Shown in pieces: positions 1 through 11,036 of a DNA stretch of 32,000 bases; position 1 is the first letter of the stretch, and every line of letters begins with the position of its first letter. Both the position numbers and the translations under genes were made by a program. Under the pieces are notes generated by a model. That model had not been told where the DNA came from and did not search any database. It saw only the letters and a list, made by a program, of their open reading frames with translations. This DNA comes from Zygophlyctis sp. KS116. Lineage: Eukaryota; Fungi; Chytridiomycota. The stretch is from positions 1 to 32,000 of the forward strand of contig BAAFSQ010000085.1 in assembly GCA_054661495.1 (NCBI GenBank), given 5' to 3'.

Positions 1-1
1 T

Positions 2-67
2 CTATTCTTGGAATATTACGGACCATGGGATATAAAACAGTCATATAGAGAAGAAGAATGTCAATAA
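2..67 (+). CDS. possible 3' end of an upstream gene (partial)
   Basis: Open frame from the window edge, LFLEYYGPWDIKQSYREEECQ*, ending 37 nt before the convergent CK1 stop. This spacing is typical of the window, but no homology was recognised. Confidence 0.3.
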   Translation, partial: LFLEYYGPWDIKQSYREEECQ

Positions 68-104
68 TAGCAAGATAATATAGAATTTATTTTCAAATTA
101 TCAT

Positions 105-1622
105 CTAGTAAACATCACTATCATTACGACCACACCATCTAAATAACTTTTTCCACCACTTCTTCTTTCTAGCTGCTATATGATGTGCTCTTGCAGGCGA
201 TTGCTCATTGGGGTATTTTCCTTGGGTATTTGGAGAGGAAAAGTCCGAAATTCTTTGATTACGATCGAACCCACCTTGACTACGACCTTGAGAGCTGGAT
301 ATCATCTCACGCCTTGGAGATACATGCTGGCTAGAAGCAGCTACCTGAGAATTCCCATCCATCATTGCTGAATTCGATGGATGTGCTGAATTCATATGAT
401 TTGCCGCAACAGACGAATTCACCCCAATAGTGGCGGCAGAAACTCCTTTATCTTTTGAATTTTCTAAACGAAGACGGTCCCTCTCCTTGCGCTGATTGTC
501 CATAGCAATCATCCAATCAAAAACTCCATCATCTGTAGCATTGGATTTTAAGAGAACTTAAATTATTCACCCATTTACTTACCTTTATCCATCAGCCCTC
601 TGCAGTAATCATAATCAGGCTCTTCTTCAAACTTCAGGTTCCTAGAATATTCTAAATAAGTACCAAATTCTTCAATTAAATAGCAAAAATTACCAGGAAA
701 TCCATCACACAATTCTTTAATATTGACATTTTGCTTCTTCTCTCCAATTTTTTCATACTTTTGCTTATTTGTAGCTGCTTTTAGTCCTTGCCAAGGCAAA
801 CTTCCTCTTAAAAAGTACATGAAAACATGCCCTAGCGCTTCTAAATCATCTCGCCTAGATTGTTCTCTTCCTAAATGAGTATTAATTGACATATATCGTG
901 CAGTTCCTGATAGTGATTTTTTTTCACGATAAGGTATATGGATATGAGTTTTTGGATCTCTGTATTGCTTAGCCATTCCAAAGTCTACGATATAAATTTG
1001 AGACGCTGGATGTGGTCTAAAAGGTAAATGATTAATCAAAATCCCATTTGGATCAGAAGAATTTGCTGGTTCCAACTCATTAGCCTTTGGGATTCTTCCA
1101 ATTAAAAAATTATCTGGTTTGATATCTCTATAAATCAAGTTATGATCATGAATTGTCTGTATTCTTGAAATCTAACTAGATTACAAAAATAAAAATTACC
1201 ATTTGTTTAGCAACCATACAAGTAGTTTTAATACTAAATTTCCTTCCACACAGATCAAACATATCTTCCAAACTTGGACCTAGTAAATCGATGCATAATA
1301 TATTATGTAAACCTTCCTGCCCAAAATAATGCGCAATCGGAATACCGGCTAAAATTAAATAAAAAATCTTACGGGAATCTTGTAATATTTTGTATGTTCT
1401 ATACTCATCGCGCAACTGTGGAGCATCTGATTTTCTTGGTTCGAACTTTATTGCGACCGGGGAATTATTTAACAGATTAAGGCCCTCATATATAACTCCA
1501 AAGCTCCCTTCTCCAATCTTTCTTCCAACTCTATAATGTACCCCAACTACATTTGGCGATGTAGTTTTTTTGTCTGCGGACGTGAGATTGGAGTTTGTGT
1601 TGATTGGCGGCAGATGTGACAT
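105..1622 (-). CDS. casein kinase I (CK1-gamma/Yck/Cki-like), 4 introns
   Basis: Motifs [58 protein letters not shown]. Introns 1349-1372 (24 nt), 1172-1199 (28), about 670-693 (24), 557-582 (26) restore the frame. Basic/aromatic C-terminus with a Cys ([12 protein letters not shown]) resembles membrane-anchored CK1s. Confidence 0.95.
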
Positions 1623-1696
1623 TACGCGTTTATTTTTTTTAGACGACGCGAACAGAGCGCTGCAAAAGTATTTGTTGGTGTCGTTTCTCTTGTCTC

Positions 1697-4288
1697 ATGA
1701 ATGCATCCCTCATCATTCTCATTATTTTAAACTATGTCTCTCTTATTCTACATTTTCTCAGTCATCATCCTGAACATGACCCATTAATGCAAAATAGATT
1801 GAAAATCAGATTTATCATGCCATTATCTATAATGTTACTGATCATGAATGCTATAGCTAAAATTACAAGCGATATATTCAAAAAAGAATATGATTTAATC
1901 ATTGCGGATTTTCCATGTTTGTTACTTTGGTTATCTGTTTTAACTGATTACACGAGACAATGGAATGTCGCTAATTGTAAGATTGCACATGGAAAATCAA
2001 TAAGAGTCATGGTGGTTCAATTATTGGGTTTTATAATTGAGGCTTTTTACTTGTCTCAACGAAATGATTTAATTCTTTGGCTTCATCAGCTTCAGGCAGT
2101 GCTATTGCTAGTAGTAGTTGTAAGTCTTACTGATCAACGAAGGATACTCTTTGAATGGGAAGATTATAGTATCGAGGAGAGATATAGGTACGAAAACATA
2201 ATCTAAGTAATAGTCCACCAAGAAAATTTAATGAATTTTCTCGCCATTTTTTCAAACTTATCCCTTTTATTTGGCCAAAAAGTAATGATGGTGGTAATTC
2301 AGAATTCTTAATTGTAAGAGGCGATCAAGTTGAAATTTAATCTAGTTACATGCTTCTTTACGATGATATTGGGGCGTCTGGTGAATTTGCTCGTGCCAAT
2401 CATGTATAAGAATGTGGTGGATAGCTTAGGAGGGCTTAGTAGCCAAGATATCTCTCAAGGCACAATTCCTTGGAAAGAATTGACAATTTTTGTAGGCATT
2501 CGATTTCTAGCTGGAAGCTCAGGGATAATTCAAAGTTTACAGTCCTTTCTTTGGGTTCCACTCGGCCAATATACAACACGAAAGGTTTCTATTCAAATGC
2601 TGGATCATTTACTAAAGTAATATTATATCACCTCTAATTTTAGCTTATCATTAAGATTTCAGTATGTTTTAATTTCATATAAAATTCAGCCTAGGTAGGA
2701 AAACCGGGGAAATATTGCGAGTACAAGATCGTGGAGTTGCTTCCATCGTATCTTTGCTTTCTGCGATTATTTTTAATATAATACCAACTTTAGCAGGTAT
2801 GCCAAGATTTCAAATCATAATCAAAGATATTGGAATCGCTTGTTTTTATTTCACAACTCAATTTGATATTTTCTTTGGTATATAATACTCGATTTATCTT
2901 AGGGGGACTTGTGTTTTTAACTATGATTATGTACTTAGGCTGTACAATCGTTCTTACGGAATGGAGGATAAAATATAGAAAGAGAGCGAATGAACTGGAT
3001 AATGATATGGAAGCGAAGGCCGTTGACTCTCTTTTGAATTTTGAGACTGTCAAATATTACTGTGCAGAAGCGTTTGAAGTCTCTAGATATGAAGAAGGTA
3101 AATATTATTTTTGATTTTTTTAGCGGTGAAGCGCTATCATTCAGCTGATCTCTTTTCAAACATTACTTTATGGGTTTTAGATGTGGTTCAGAATGTTATT
3201 ATTCAATCAGGTCTATTTGTTGGGTGTGTTTTATGTGCTAAACGCATTGTGATTGATAAAACTATGACTGTCGGAGACTTTGTACTCTATCTTGCTTACC
3301 TGATCCAACTCTATGGTCCATTAAATTGGTTTGGAAACTATTACCGTGTTATTCAAGTATTTTAGACTGGCTGATTGATAGAAAAACTTTGTTGATATGG
3401 AGAAGATGCTTGATCTATTCAAAGAGCCTTTAGAGATAAAAGATACACCTAATTCCATCCCACTTAAAGTAACAAGAGGGCTGATTGAATTCAGTAATTT
3501 TACAAGAATTAAGTAAAATTAGAAAATGTTGGATTTCAGTATGATCCTCGCCGTGAAACCGTTTCTCATATCTCATTTAAAATAGAGCCAGGAACCACTA
3601 CAGCTTTTGTTGGACCTTCTGGAGGAGGAAAGACCACGATCGGACGATTATTATTTAGATTTTATGATGTCCAAGAGGGCTCGATTTCCATAGATGGAAT
3701 TGACATTAGGCAAGTTTCCCAAAGGTCTTTGCGGGAAGCGATCGGTAAATGCGAATTATTTCTTATTTTCAAGGTGTTGTACCTCAAGACACTGTTCTTT
3801 TTAATGATTCTATTAGATATAATATTTTATATGCTAAACCGACTGCAACTGAAGCTGAATTAATTTCCGCTACTAAAGCTGCCCAGGTAATCAATATTAG
3901 CCCAATTATTTTTTAGATTCATGATCGAATATTATCATTTCCAGATGGATACGACACTCAAGTCGGAGAAAGAGGATTAAGATTAAGTGGAGGAGAGAAG
4001 CAGCGAGTAGCTATTGCAAGAACATTACTCAAAGATCCCAGAATTCTTCTTCTTGATGAAGCAACTTCAGCATTAGATAATAGTGCTGAAGCATCTCTTC
4101 AAAAAGCATTATTAGACAAACCAAGAACAACAATCATAATTGCCCATAGATTGTCAACAATTGTCAATGCAGAGCAAATTCTTGTACTTTTAAATGGAAG
4201 TATTGTAGAGCGTGGAAATCATTTGGATCTTTTACATGCAAAGGGCGAATATTATCGTTTATGGATGAAGCAATTGACTGATAATTAA
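1697..4288 (+). CDS. ABC half-transporter, HMT1/ABCB6 family, 11 introns
   Basis: Spliced product has [36 protein letters not shown], Walker [21 protein letters not shown], signature [34 protein letters not shown] hydrophobic N-terminal extension points to HMT1/ABCB6 rather than ATM1. Introns 25-30 nt; 18-nt micro-exon at 2644-2661. Confidence 0.9.
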
Positions 4289-4687
4289 TCAGTTTTTTTT
4301 ATTTTATTGAATCCTGTGATAGATTTGATTCTATTCGCTTGATTGGCAATAAATGACTTGAAATATGTTTTCTGACCAAAGATTGTTCCAATTACGTAAA
4401 GCAAAGTATAATAAATAGGGATTGTGATGATTACTGAAAACAGCCGATACATCCACGGACCATTATAATATGAGCCTTATCATTATCATGCAATTCTTAC
4501 CATCAATCATTAGTAGATTGGCCATTAGATATTTAGTAATCTTTGACGTGTTCGTTCCAGTAATCCCAAAGACCAGAAATCTCACTACATGATGCAGCTT
4601 TAGACTGAATTCTGGTTTCTCTATGGTTGACTGTCGATCCTTTACCAGAATATCGTATTCTGCAGATACTCTAATCGGGACTCCCAT
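4285..4687 (-). CDS. small membrane protein, DUF6787-like, 1 intron
   Basis: Intron 4476-4500 (25 nt) joins VFGITGT...MIDG to [41 protein letters not shown]. The F.ITG / P.Y..LL..IG..FGQ..F pattern is recalled from DUF6787 proteins; not searched. Confidence 0.7.
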
Positions 4688-4746
4688 TTTTCCTCGCGAT
4701 CCGGAATATTTCAGTCTGACTAATGATGATGAATTGTGGGCATATG

Positions 4747-4812
4747 AGAAAAGTGTGTCTGGACATTAGAAAAAGTGTGTCCGGACATTAGAAAAAGTAT
4801 GTCCGAACAATT
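4747..4812. repeat. three tandem copies of a ~22-nt unit AGAAAAAGTGTGTCCGGACATT containing palindrome TGTCCGGACA
   Basis: Copies at 4747-4767, 4768-4789 and 4790-4812, read directly. They lie between divergent starts at 4687 (-) and 4887 (+). Confidence 0.9.
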
Positions 4813-4886
4813 TAGAAATGTCAAGGTTCTTCCTAAGGGTTCAAATGCAAATTATTTTCAATGTGTAGGGTTTAAAAAAGCTTAAA

Positions 4887-7800
4887 ATGGGATCTTTCAG
4901 CACACTCAAACGGCAAGATCAAGCATGCAACCCATCATCGGCAGAACCGCATTATCCAAAACTAGCTGCTTTGAGTGCCCCTCATGTTGAATCATTCAAC
5001 TCAATCTTTGATCTCAGTCCAGGGCTTTTGGAAAAGGCCATTCAAGATATTGGAATGATCACAGTGTTCGATGGCACACAGGATTCAACTGCTCCAAATA
5101 AACTTGAATGTAAGAAATTGAAATTAAAAAATAGTATGGATCTCTGGATTGACTGTGGGGAAACCCGCCCTAGAATCAGCCGGTGGATTGAATGATATAC
5201 TGTCTCCGGCAGAATGCAGAGGAAGGGGGATTTCCTATAAAGCTAAAATGCAGGCTAAATTGAATTGGAGAGTGAATGGGGCAGGGATTCAGATGGAAGT
5301 CCGCAACTTTGGTAGTTTACCAATCATGGTTAGAAGTAATCGTTGTCATCTTTTCAAAAAATCTCCCAAAGAACTCATTCAAATGCATGAAGATCCAGAT
5401 GAATTTGGTGGATATTTTCTGTGTAATGGTATCGAAAGACTAATTAGGCTTTTGATTGTTCCAAGGAGAAATTACCCAACTGCAATAGTTAGGCCTTCTT
5501 TTGCTAATAGAGGTCCCACATTTTCACATTTTGGAGTCTCTATTAGGTCAGTCAGGCCAGATCAGACTTCTCAGACTTTAACTTTGCATTATTGTACCGA
5601 TGGTGAAGTGAATCTAAGGTTTTCTTATAAGAAAAGTGAATATATGGTGCCTATGCTTTTGATACTATTCTCTTTAACAGAAACTAATGACAAGGAGATT
5701 TTTAAACGATTAACAATGGGAAATGCATCAAACACATTTTTAACTGATCGAATTGAACTATTATTGCGTTCTTTCAAAAGATATTCATTATATACAAAGG
5801 ATCAATGTCTAGAGTATTTAGGCACTAGATTTGCAGTGATGCTTGATTCTCCAGATGATATGTTGGCACTAGATGTTGGTCTTGAATTTTTGAAAAAAGT
5901 TATTCTTGTACATCTAAATGATTACAAGGCAAAATCAGATATGTTAATGTAAGAGATTTAATTTTTTTATTAAAAAGACATATGACTCAAAAACTCTACT
6001 CTCTAGTTGCCGGGGAATGCTGTGCGGATAATCCAGATTCTCCTCAATTACAAGAAATACTTCTACCAGGACATCTATATGCTTCAATTATAAAAGAAAA
6101 AGTTTTAGATTATTTGGTTGCCATCAAAACTCAAATTAGAACGGATATGCGTCGTCAACCTCATACTGTAAACTTTTTTGATAAAAAGTATTTGCTCAAG
6201 GTACTGTCTAAGCTGGGAGGGACAGCTGACATTGGAAAGAAGTTGGAATATTTCCTTGCTACGGGAAATTTGATTAGTAATACCGGATTAGATTTACAGC
6301 AGGTGGGCAATTAAATTCTAATTTCTAGACTTCAGGATATACAATTGTCGCTGAAAAGCTTAATTTTTATCGATATATTGCTCATTTTCGCTCTATTCAT
6401 CGTGGGTCTTTTTTTGCAGAATTAAAGACTACAACCGTACGAAAGTTACTTCCAGAATCTTGGGGATTTCTTTGTCCCGTCCACACGCCTGATGGATCTC
6501 CCTGCGGTCTTTTAAATCATCTATCACATACATGCCAGGTAATCACCCAAAGAGTAGATTCATCTCATGTTCCAACATTTTTGGCCTCACTGGGTGTGAA
6601 TCAAATGATTGGTCTTGGCGTTCAGAACCCAGAAGCAAATTTGTCTAACGATACAGGGAATGCTTTATCAGTTGTGTTAGATGGAAAAGTTATAGGCTAT
6701 TGCTCTCCTGCAAAAGCTAAAGAAATAGCGGATATCTTACGATATTGCAAAGTCGAGGAGAAGCATAATGTACGTTTTAGGCAATTTAACAATTAAGATT
6801 CCTCTAGAGTTAGAAATAGGGTATGTTGCTCCCTCTAAAGGTGGACAATATCCAGGATTATATTTATTTAGCAAGTTTGCTCGAATGATGAGGCCTGTGA
6901 GGCATTTGGCCACCGGAAAACCAGATCTAGTCGGACCTTTTGAACAGGTGTATATGGACATCGCCTGTTTAGATCAAGATATTGTTCCAGGAATAACAAC
7001 TCATCAAGAGGTCCTACCAACAAATATTTTAAGTGTTGTTGCCAATCTTACACCATTTTCTGATTATAATCAGAGTCCTAGAAATATGTATCAGTGTCAG
7101 GTATATTATCGATATATTCAGTAACTAATAGATGGGTAAACAGAGTATGGGTACGCCTGTGCAAAATTTCCCTTATAGAACCGACAACAAACTTTATCGG
7201 CTTCAAACTGGCCAAACCCCAGTAGTCAGACCAAAGGTTCACGATGATTATGGTGTTGATGGATATCCAAATGGAATGAATGCCGTTGTGTGTGTTATTT
7301 CATACACTGGTTATGACATGGAAGATGCCTCAATTATTAACAAATCATCTCATGAGAGAGGATATGGTTATGGCACCGTATATAAAGGAGAATGGATAGA
7401 TTTATCAATTCACAAACGTAAAGGGGAGGGTATATCTCATTACTTTGGCTTTACTTCACCTCAGTCTTTAGATACTAAATTTGCTGAAAAATCATGGGAA
7501 AAGGCTAAAGAAAAACTAGACAGGGATGGCCTGCCTAAAGTTGGAGCCAGATTGAATACTGGAGATCCCATGTACGCATATGTTGATGATGTAACTGGAA
7601 TTGTTAAAGTTGTACCTTACAAGGGAATGGAAATGGCATATGTTGATCAAGTACTTTTGATTGGTAATTTTAATTTTTTTAAACCATAGGAGGAGATTCT
7701 GAGACTGAGCCATTACAAAAAATACACTTAAAACTTCGCATTCCAAGGCCACCGATTATTGGAGATAAATTTTCTTCTCGCCATGGACAAAAGGGTGTTA

Positions 7801-8556
7801 TATCTCAAAAATGGCCCACAGTAGACATGCCATTTTCAGAGTCTGGAATAGTTCCTGATGTCATTATAAATCCTCATGCTTTCCCTTCAAGAATGACGAT
7901 TGGTATGTTTATTGAATCCTTGGCAGGAAAATCCGGATCTCTTCAAGGACAATCAAAAGATTCAACTCCATTTCAATTTGATGAAGATGATTCCCCGTCT
8001 GAACATTTTGGTAAAGAGCTGGCTGCAGCAGGATTTAATTATTATGGTAATGAGCCCATGTACAGTGGTGTAACTGGACAAGAATTCAAGGCTGATATTT
8101 ATTTAGGAGTATTTATTTTTTCTAATTTAATTCTAGATTGTTTACTATCAACGTTTACGTCATATGGTATCTGATAAATACCAGGTAAGAACCACTGGAC
8201 CTGTTCATAATCTTACTCAGCAACCCATCAAGGGCCGAAAGCGTGCTGGTGGTATTAGATTTGGAGAAATGGAACGAGATTCTCTATTAGCACATGGTGT
8301 ATCTTTCCTCCTTCAAGATCGTCTAATGAATTGTTCTGATTATTCTAGATGTCACGTTTGCTCCTATTGCGGATCAATTTTAAGTACTTTTGCTCGTGTT
8401 GTTTCAACTTCCGAGACTACATCTTCCATCATTACTTGTCAGTTATGTAATGCAACAGATGGCATCAGAACCATAGCAATACCGTTTGTTTTTAGATATT
8501 TATGCACAGAGTTAGTGTCGATGAATGTGCGATTAAAATTATCAATAACAGCCTGA
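4887..8556 (+). CDS. RPA2: DNA-directed RNA polymerase I second-largest subunit, 7 introns
   Basis: PHVESFN, GGYFLCNGIERLIR, SIRSVRPDQTSQT, PVHTPDGSPCGLLNH, NQSPRNMYQCQMGKQ, GYDMEDA, GDKFSSRHGQKG, NPHAFPSRMTIG, GGIRFGEMERD, C-terminal Zn finger. Introns 5110-5134, 5949-5977, 6303-6328, 6770-6797, 7101-7131, 7664-7689, 8109-8136. Confidence 0.97.
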
Positions 8557-8669
8557 AATTTAAGTTTTAATAGTCTTGACAATCAAAATGAATGAGTGAT
8601 CTGTTTAGCGCTCAACTTGAGAGTTGCATGTTTATTGGAACATAACACGCTGGTAAAGATAATTTTTGA

Positions 8670-9623
8670 ATGAATCAGCTCAGGGAATGGTATTTTGAGA
8701 TTCCAGTCATTACTAGAGCCTATGTGACTGGAATTCTACTGATGACTGCAGCGATTGTAAGAATACATTTACTAATTCCAGCAAATGAAGTATATAAGTC
8801 CACTCCAAATCTATTTCAGCTGGTCTTCCATACTTGAGCGCGGACAGTATTGGAGACTCGTCAGCTCTTTTCTATACTTTGGAAATCTATCATTCGACTT
8901 GCTCTTTCACTTGTTTTTCTTGTAATATTAAAGCTATAAAGCATATAGAATGCGATACTCACGAATGACGGAAGAAGGCGCTTATCGAGGAAGACCTTGG
9001 GATTATCTTTGGATGCTTTTTCTAGGATGTAGCTCAATGATTGTAAGTCTTAATTAAATTTACATAAAGGCTAGTTGTGCTATATTTGATCGAAAAAAGA
9101 GAGAAATTCCATTCTTGTCTACGTAAGTAAATATTATTTTATACATAGATCATTAAACTTCATGTTGGTATATGTATGGTCTAGAAGAAATCCATTTGTA
9201 AGAATGAATTTTTTAGGATTCTTAAATTTCAATGCACCTTATTTACCATGGGTTCTAATGGCTTTTAATGTTTTCATAAATAATCATTGGCCTTGGTCTG
9301 ATATTCAAGGACTTATTATTGGACATATATTTTACTTTTTAGAAGATGTTTATCCGAGAATGCCAAGTTCAGGAGGAAGAAAGTTGCTAGAAGCTCCGCG
9401 GTTTCTCAAACATTTCTTTCAAACAAGAGATAGAGCAGATGCGGCACTTCCAAATGCAGATTTTATTCCACAAGAAGTTCCTAATGCTATTCAAGACGCA
9501 ATTCCAGAAGCTAGGAATTTACAAAGAGAACAAGTTCCTGAAGAGCAACTAACACAAGGAGATCGACAAGATGATAGAGAAGGAATTCTTAGACAACGAG
9601 TTGCACATTCAGGCAGTGAATAA
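8670..9623 (+). CDS. DER1: Derlin (Der1/Derlin-2-like ERAD membrane protein), 4 introns
   Basis: MNQLREWYFEIPVITRAY, QYWRLVSSFLYFG, RYSRMTEEG, LVYVWSRRNP, APYLPWV, GHIFYFLEDVYP. Introns 8757-8781, 8922-8948, 9043-9069, 9123-9148. Confidence 0.92.
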
Positions 9624-9639
9624 ACCAAAACCTTGAAAA

Positions 9640-10965
9640 ATGTCTTTTGAGTCAAAGTATCTGCAAATGCTGGAAGAGAAGACAGAACTCTTTCGGGCCA
9701 TCCAGACTAAAAAGGAAATCTTAAAATCATTAGAAAAAGAAATTTCTGAATTGCGATCGCAGGGCCAACAGCCAGATAAAATGATTATAGACGGCGGAGT
9801 TTCTTTGCCGAAAAGAGATCAGCAAAGGCACCGACCACTCATACAACAGGAATTTGAAGAGATTGGGATAGATCAGGATGAGTTGGTGCCTTGGACAACA
9901 ATTTTAAAGGAAACGCATGGAGCAGGCACATTGTCGTCAATGACTAAACCACAGAAAGATCGTGTTGATGATGCAGTGTATGAATTCTTGGCATTGCATA
10001 TGCATCCTAATGATGTAAAATCTTGTAATATTTCAATGGGGAAAAAACAAATCGCAGCATTACCGCCATCAATGACTGATGGTTTTGAGAATTGGCTAGG
10101 TAAGAGTATTGGATCTTATAGTTGTAGATGAACAAATAGATTCTGGGATGTTGGATAAGGCTAATTTAAATGATCGAAAAAAGAAAAAAGGTATACAGTC
10201 TAATTTTTTAGTTTAGGCGACTCTCCCTCTAGTGATCATTATCGAATTCTACCATGGATTGAAATAATTCAGAATGAATTTCCAGATTTTGAAGTTGATG
10301 ATATCAAACTCTTTACTCCATTTATAAGACAGTTTTTGAAGGTACTAGTTTTCCCTTTAATTTCAGCAAAATGATTCAAATATAGAGTTTATACACTCAT
10401 CAAGTGGCGATAGATGCCTTGGAATACCTTTAGAATTAACTAATGAATTTATTTTACAATTTCAGCAAACATTTTCTGGACTAGTTGATAAATCAAATTT
10501 GGAAATACCAGTAGATTTTTTGGATATTACAAACATCATGGATGATTCTCCTACTGAAAATACTCCTCAAGTTAATTTTCTTAATGTAAAGAATACTCGT
10601 AAAAAAAGTATGAGAGCAGAAGAAGTTTATAAAGATTTGGGAGATTCGGAAATGGTGAAATTTAATGTGTAAATTTCCTTTATTTCAACAATAGAATCTT
10701 GAAAATGTTGATGCCATCGTATAATTCAACAAATAAACTTGTTCGAAAAGAAATCAAAGAATCTGTTAAAGGGTATTTACTCTCTAAACTGGGAACTGAA
10801 ACAAGACTTAATCAGTGTATAATGACGGGATCAAGCAATGGAAATCCTTTTACGACTTTTGGGATACCTCGAGACATTTATTATGATTTTAGAACTTGGG
10901 CAATAAAGGAACTTCGTAGGCGATTTGGTAAATCACAAGTCGGCCCTCAATCGTGGGAAGAATGA
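9640..10965 (+). CDS. hypothetical protein: N-terminal coiled coil plus three copies of an unrecognised ~70-80 aa domain, 4 introns
   Basis: Introns 10100-10127, 10191-10216, 10342-10366, 10669-10694 join the ORF pieces into one frame. The internal repeat is visible in the translation. Confidence 0.75.
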
Positions 10966-11036
10966 TGCAACATTTAGACTGGTCTTTCTATCAAAGGCTG
11001 AAAATTTTTTGTTTCAAAGTTTTAAATATTTGCTAA

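Noticed and set aside
670-693. Non-canonical GT-TG 21-nt intron in CK1 that would give the consensus FPEEF
   Set aside because: A canonical 24-nt GT..AAG intron fits the local length and branch-distance rules and gives FPEF. A one-residue-shorter form at this spot is plausible in CK1-gamma kinases.
4747-4812. CRISPR-like array
   Set aside because: Units are directly adjacent with no unique spacers, the context is eukaryotic, and there are no cas genes.
4715-4850. snoRNA (ATGATGA near 4723) or tRNA/Pol III gene (GGTTCAAAT near 4838)
   Set aside because: No downstream box D CTGA with a terminal stem, and no cloverleaf or A box.
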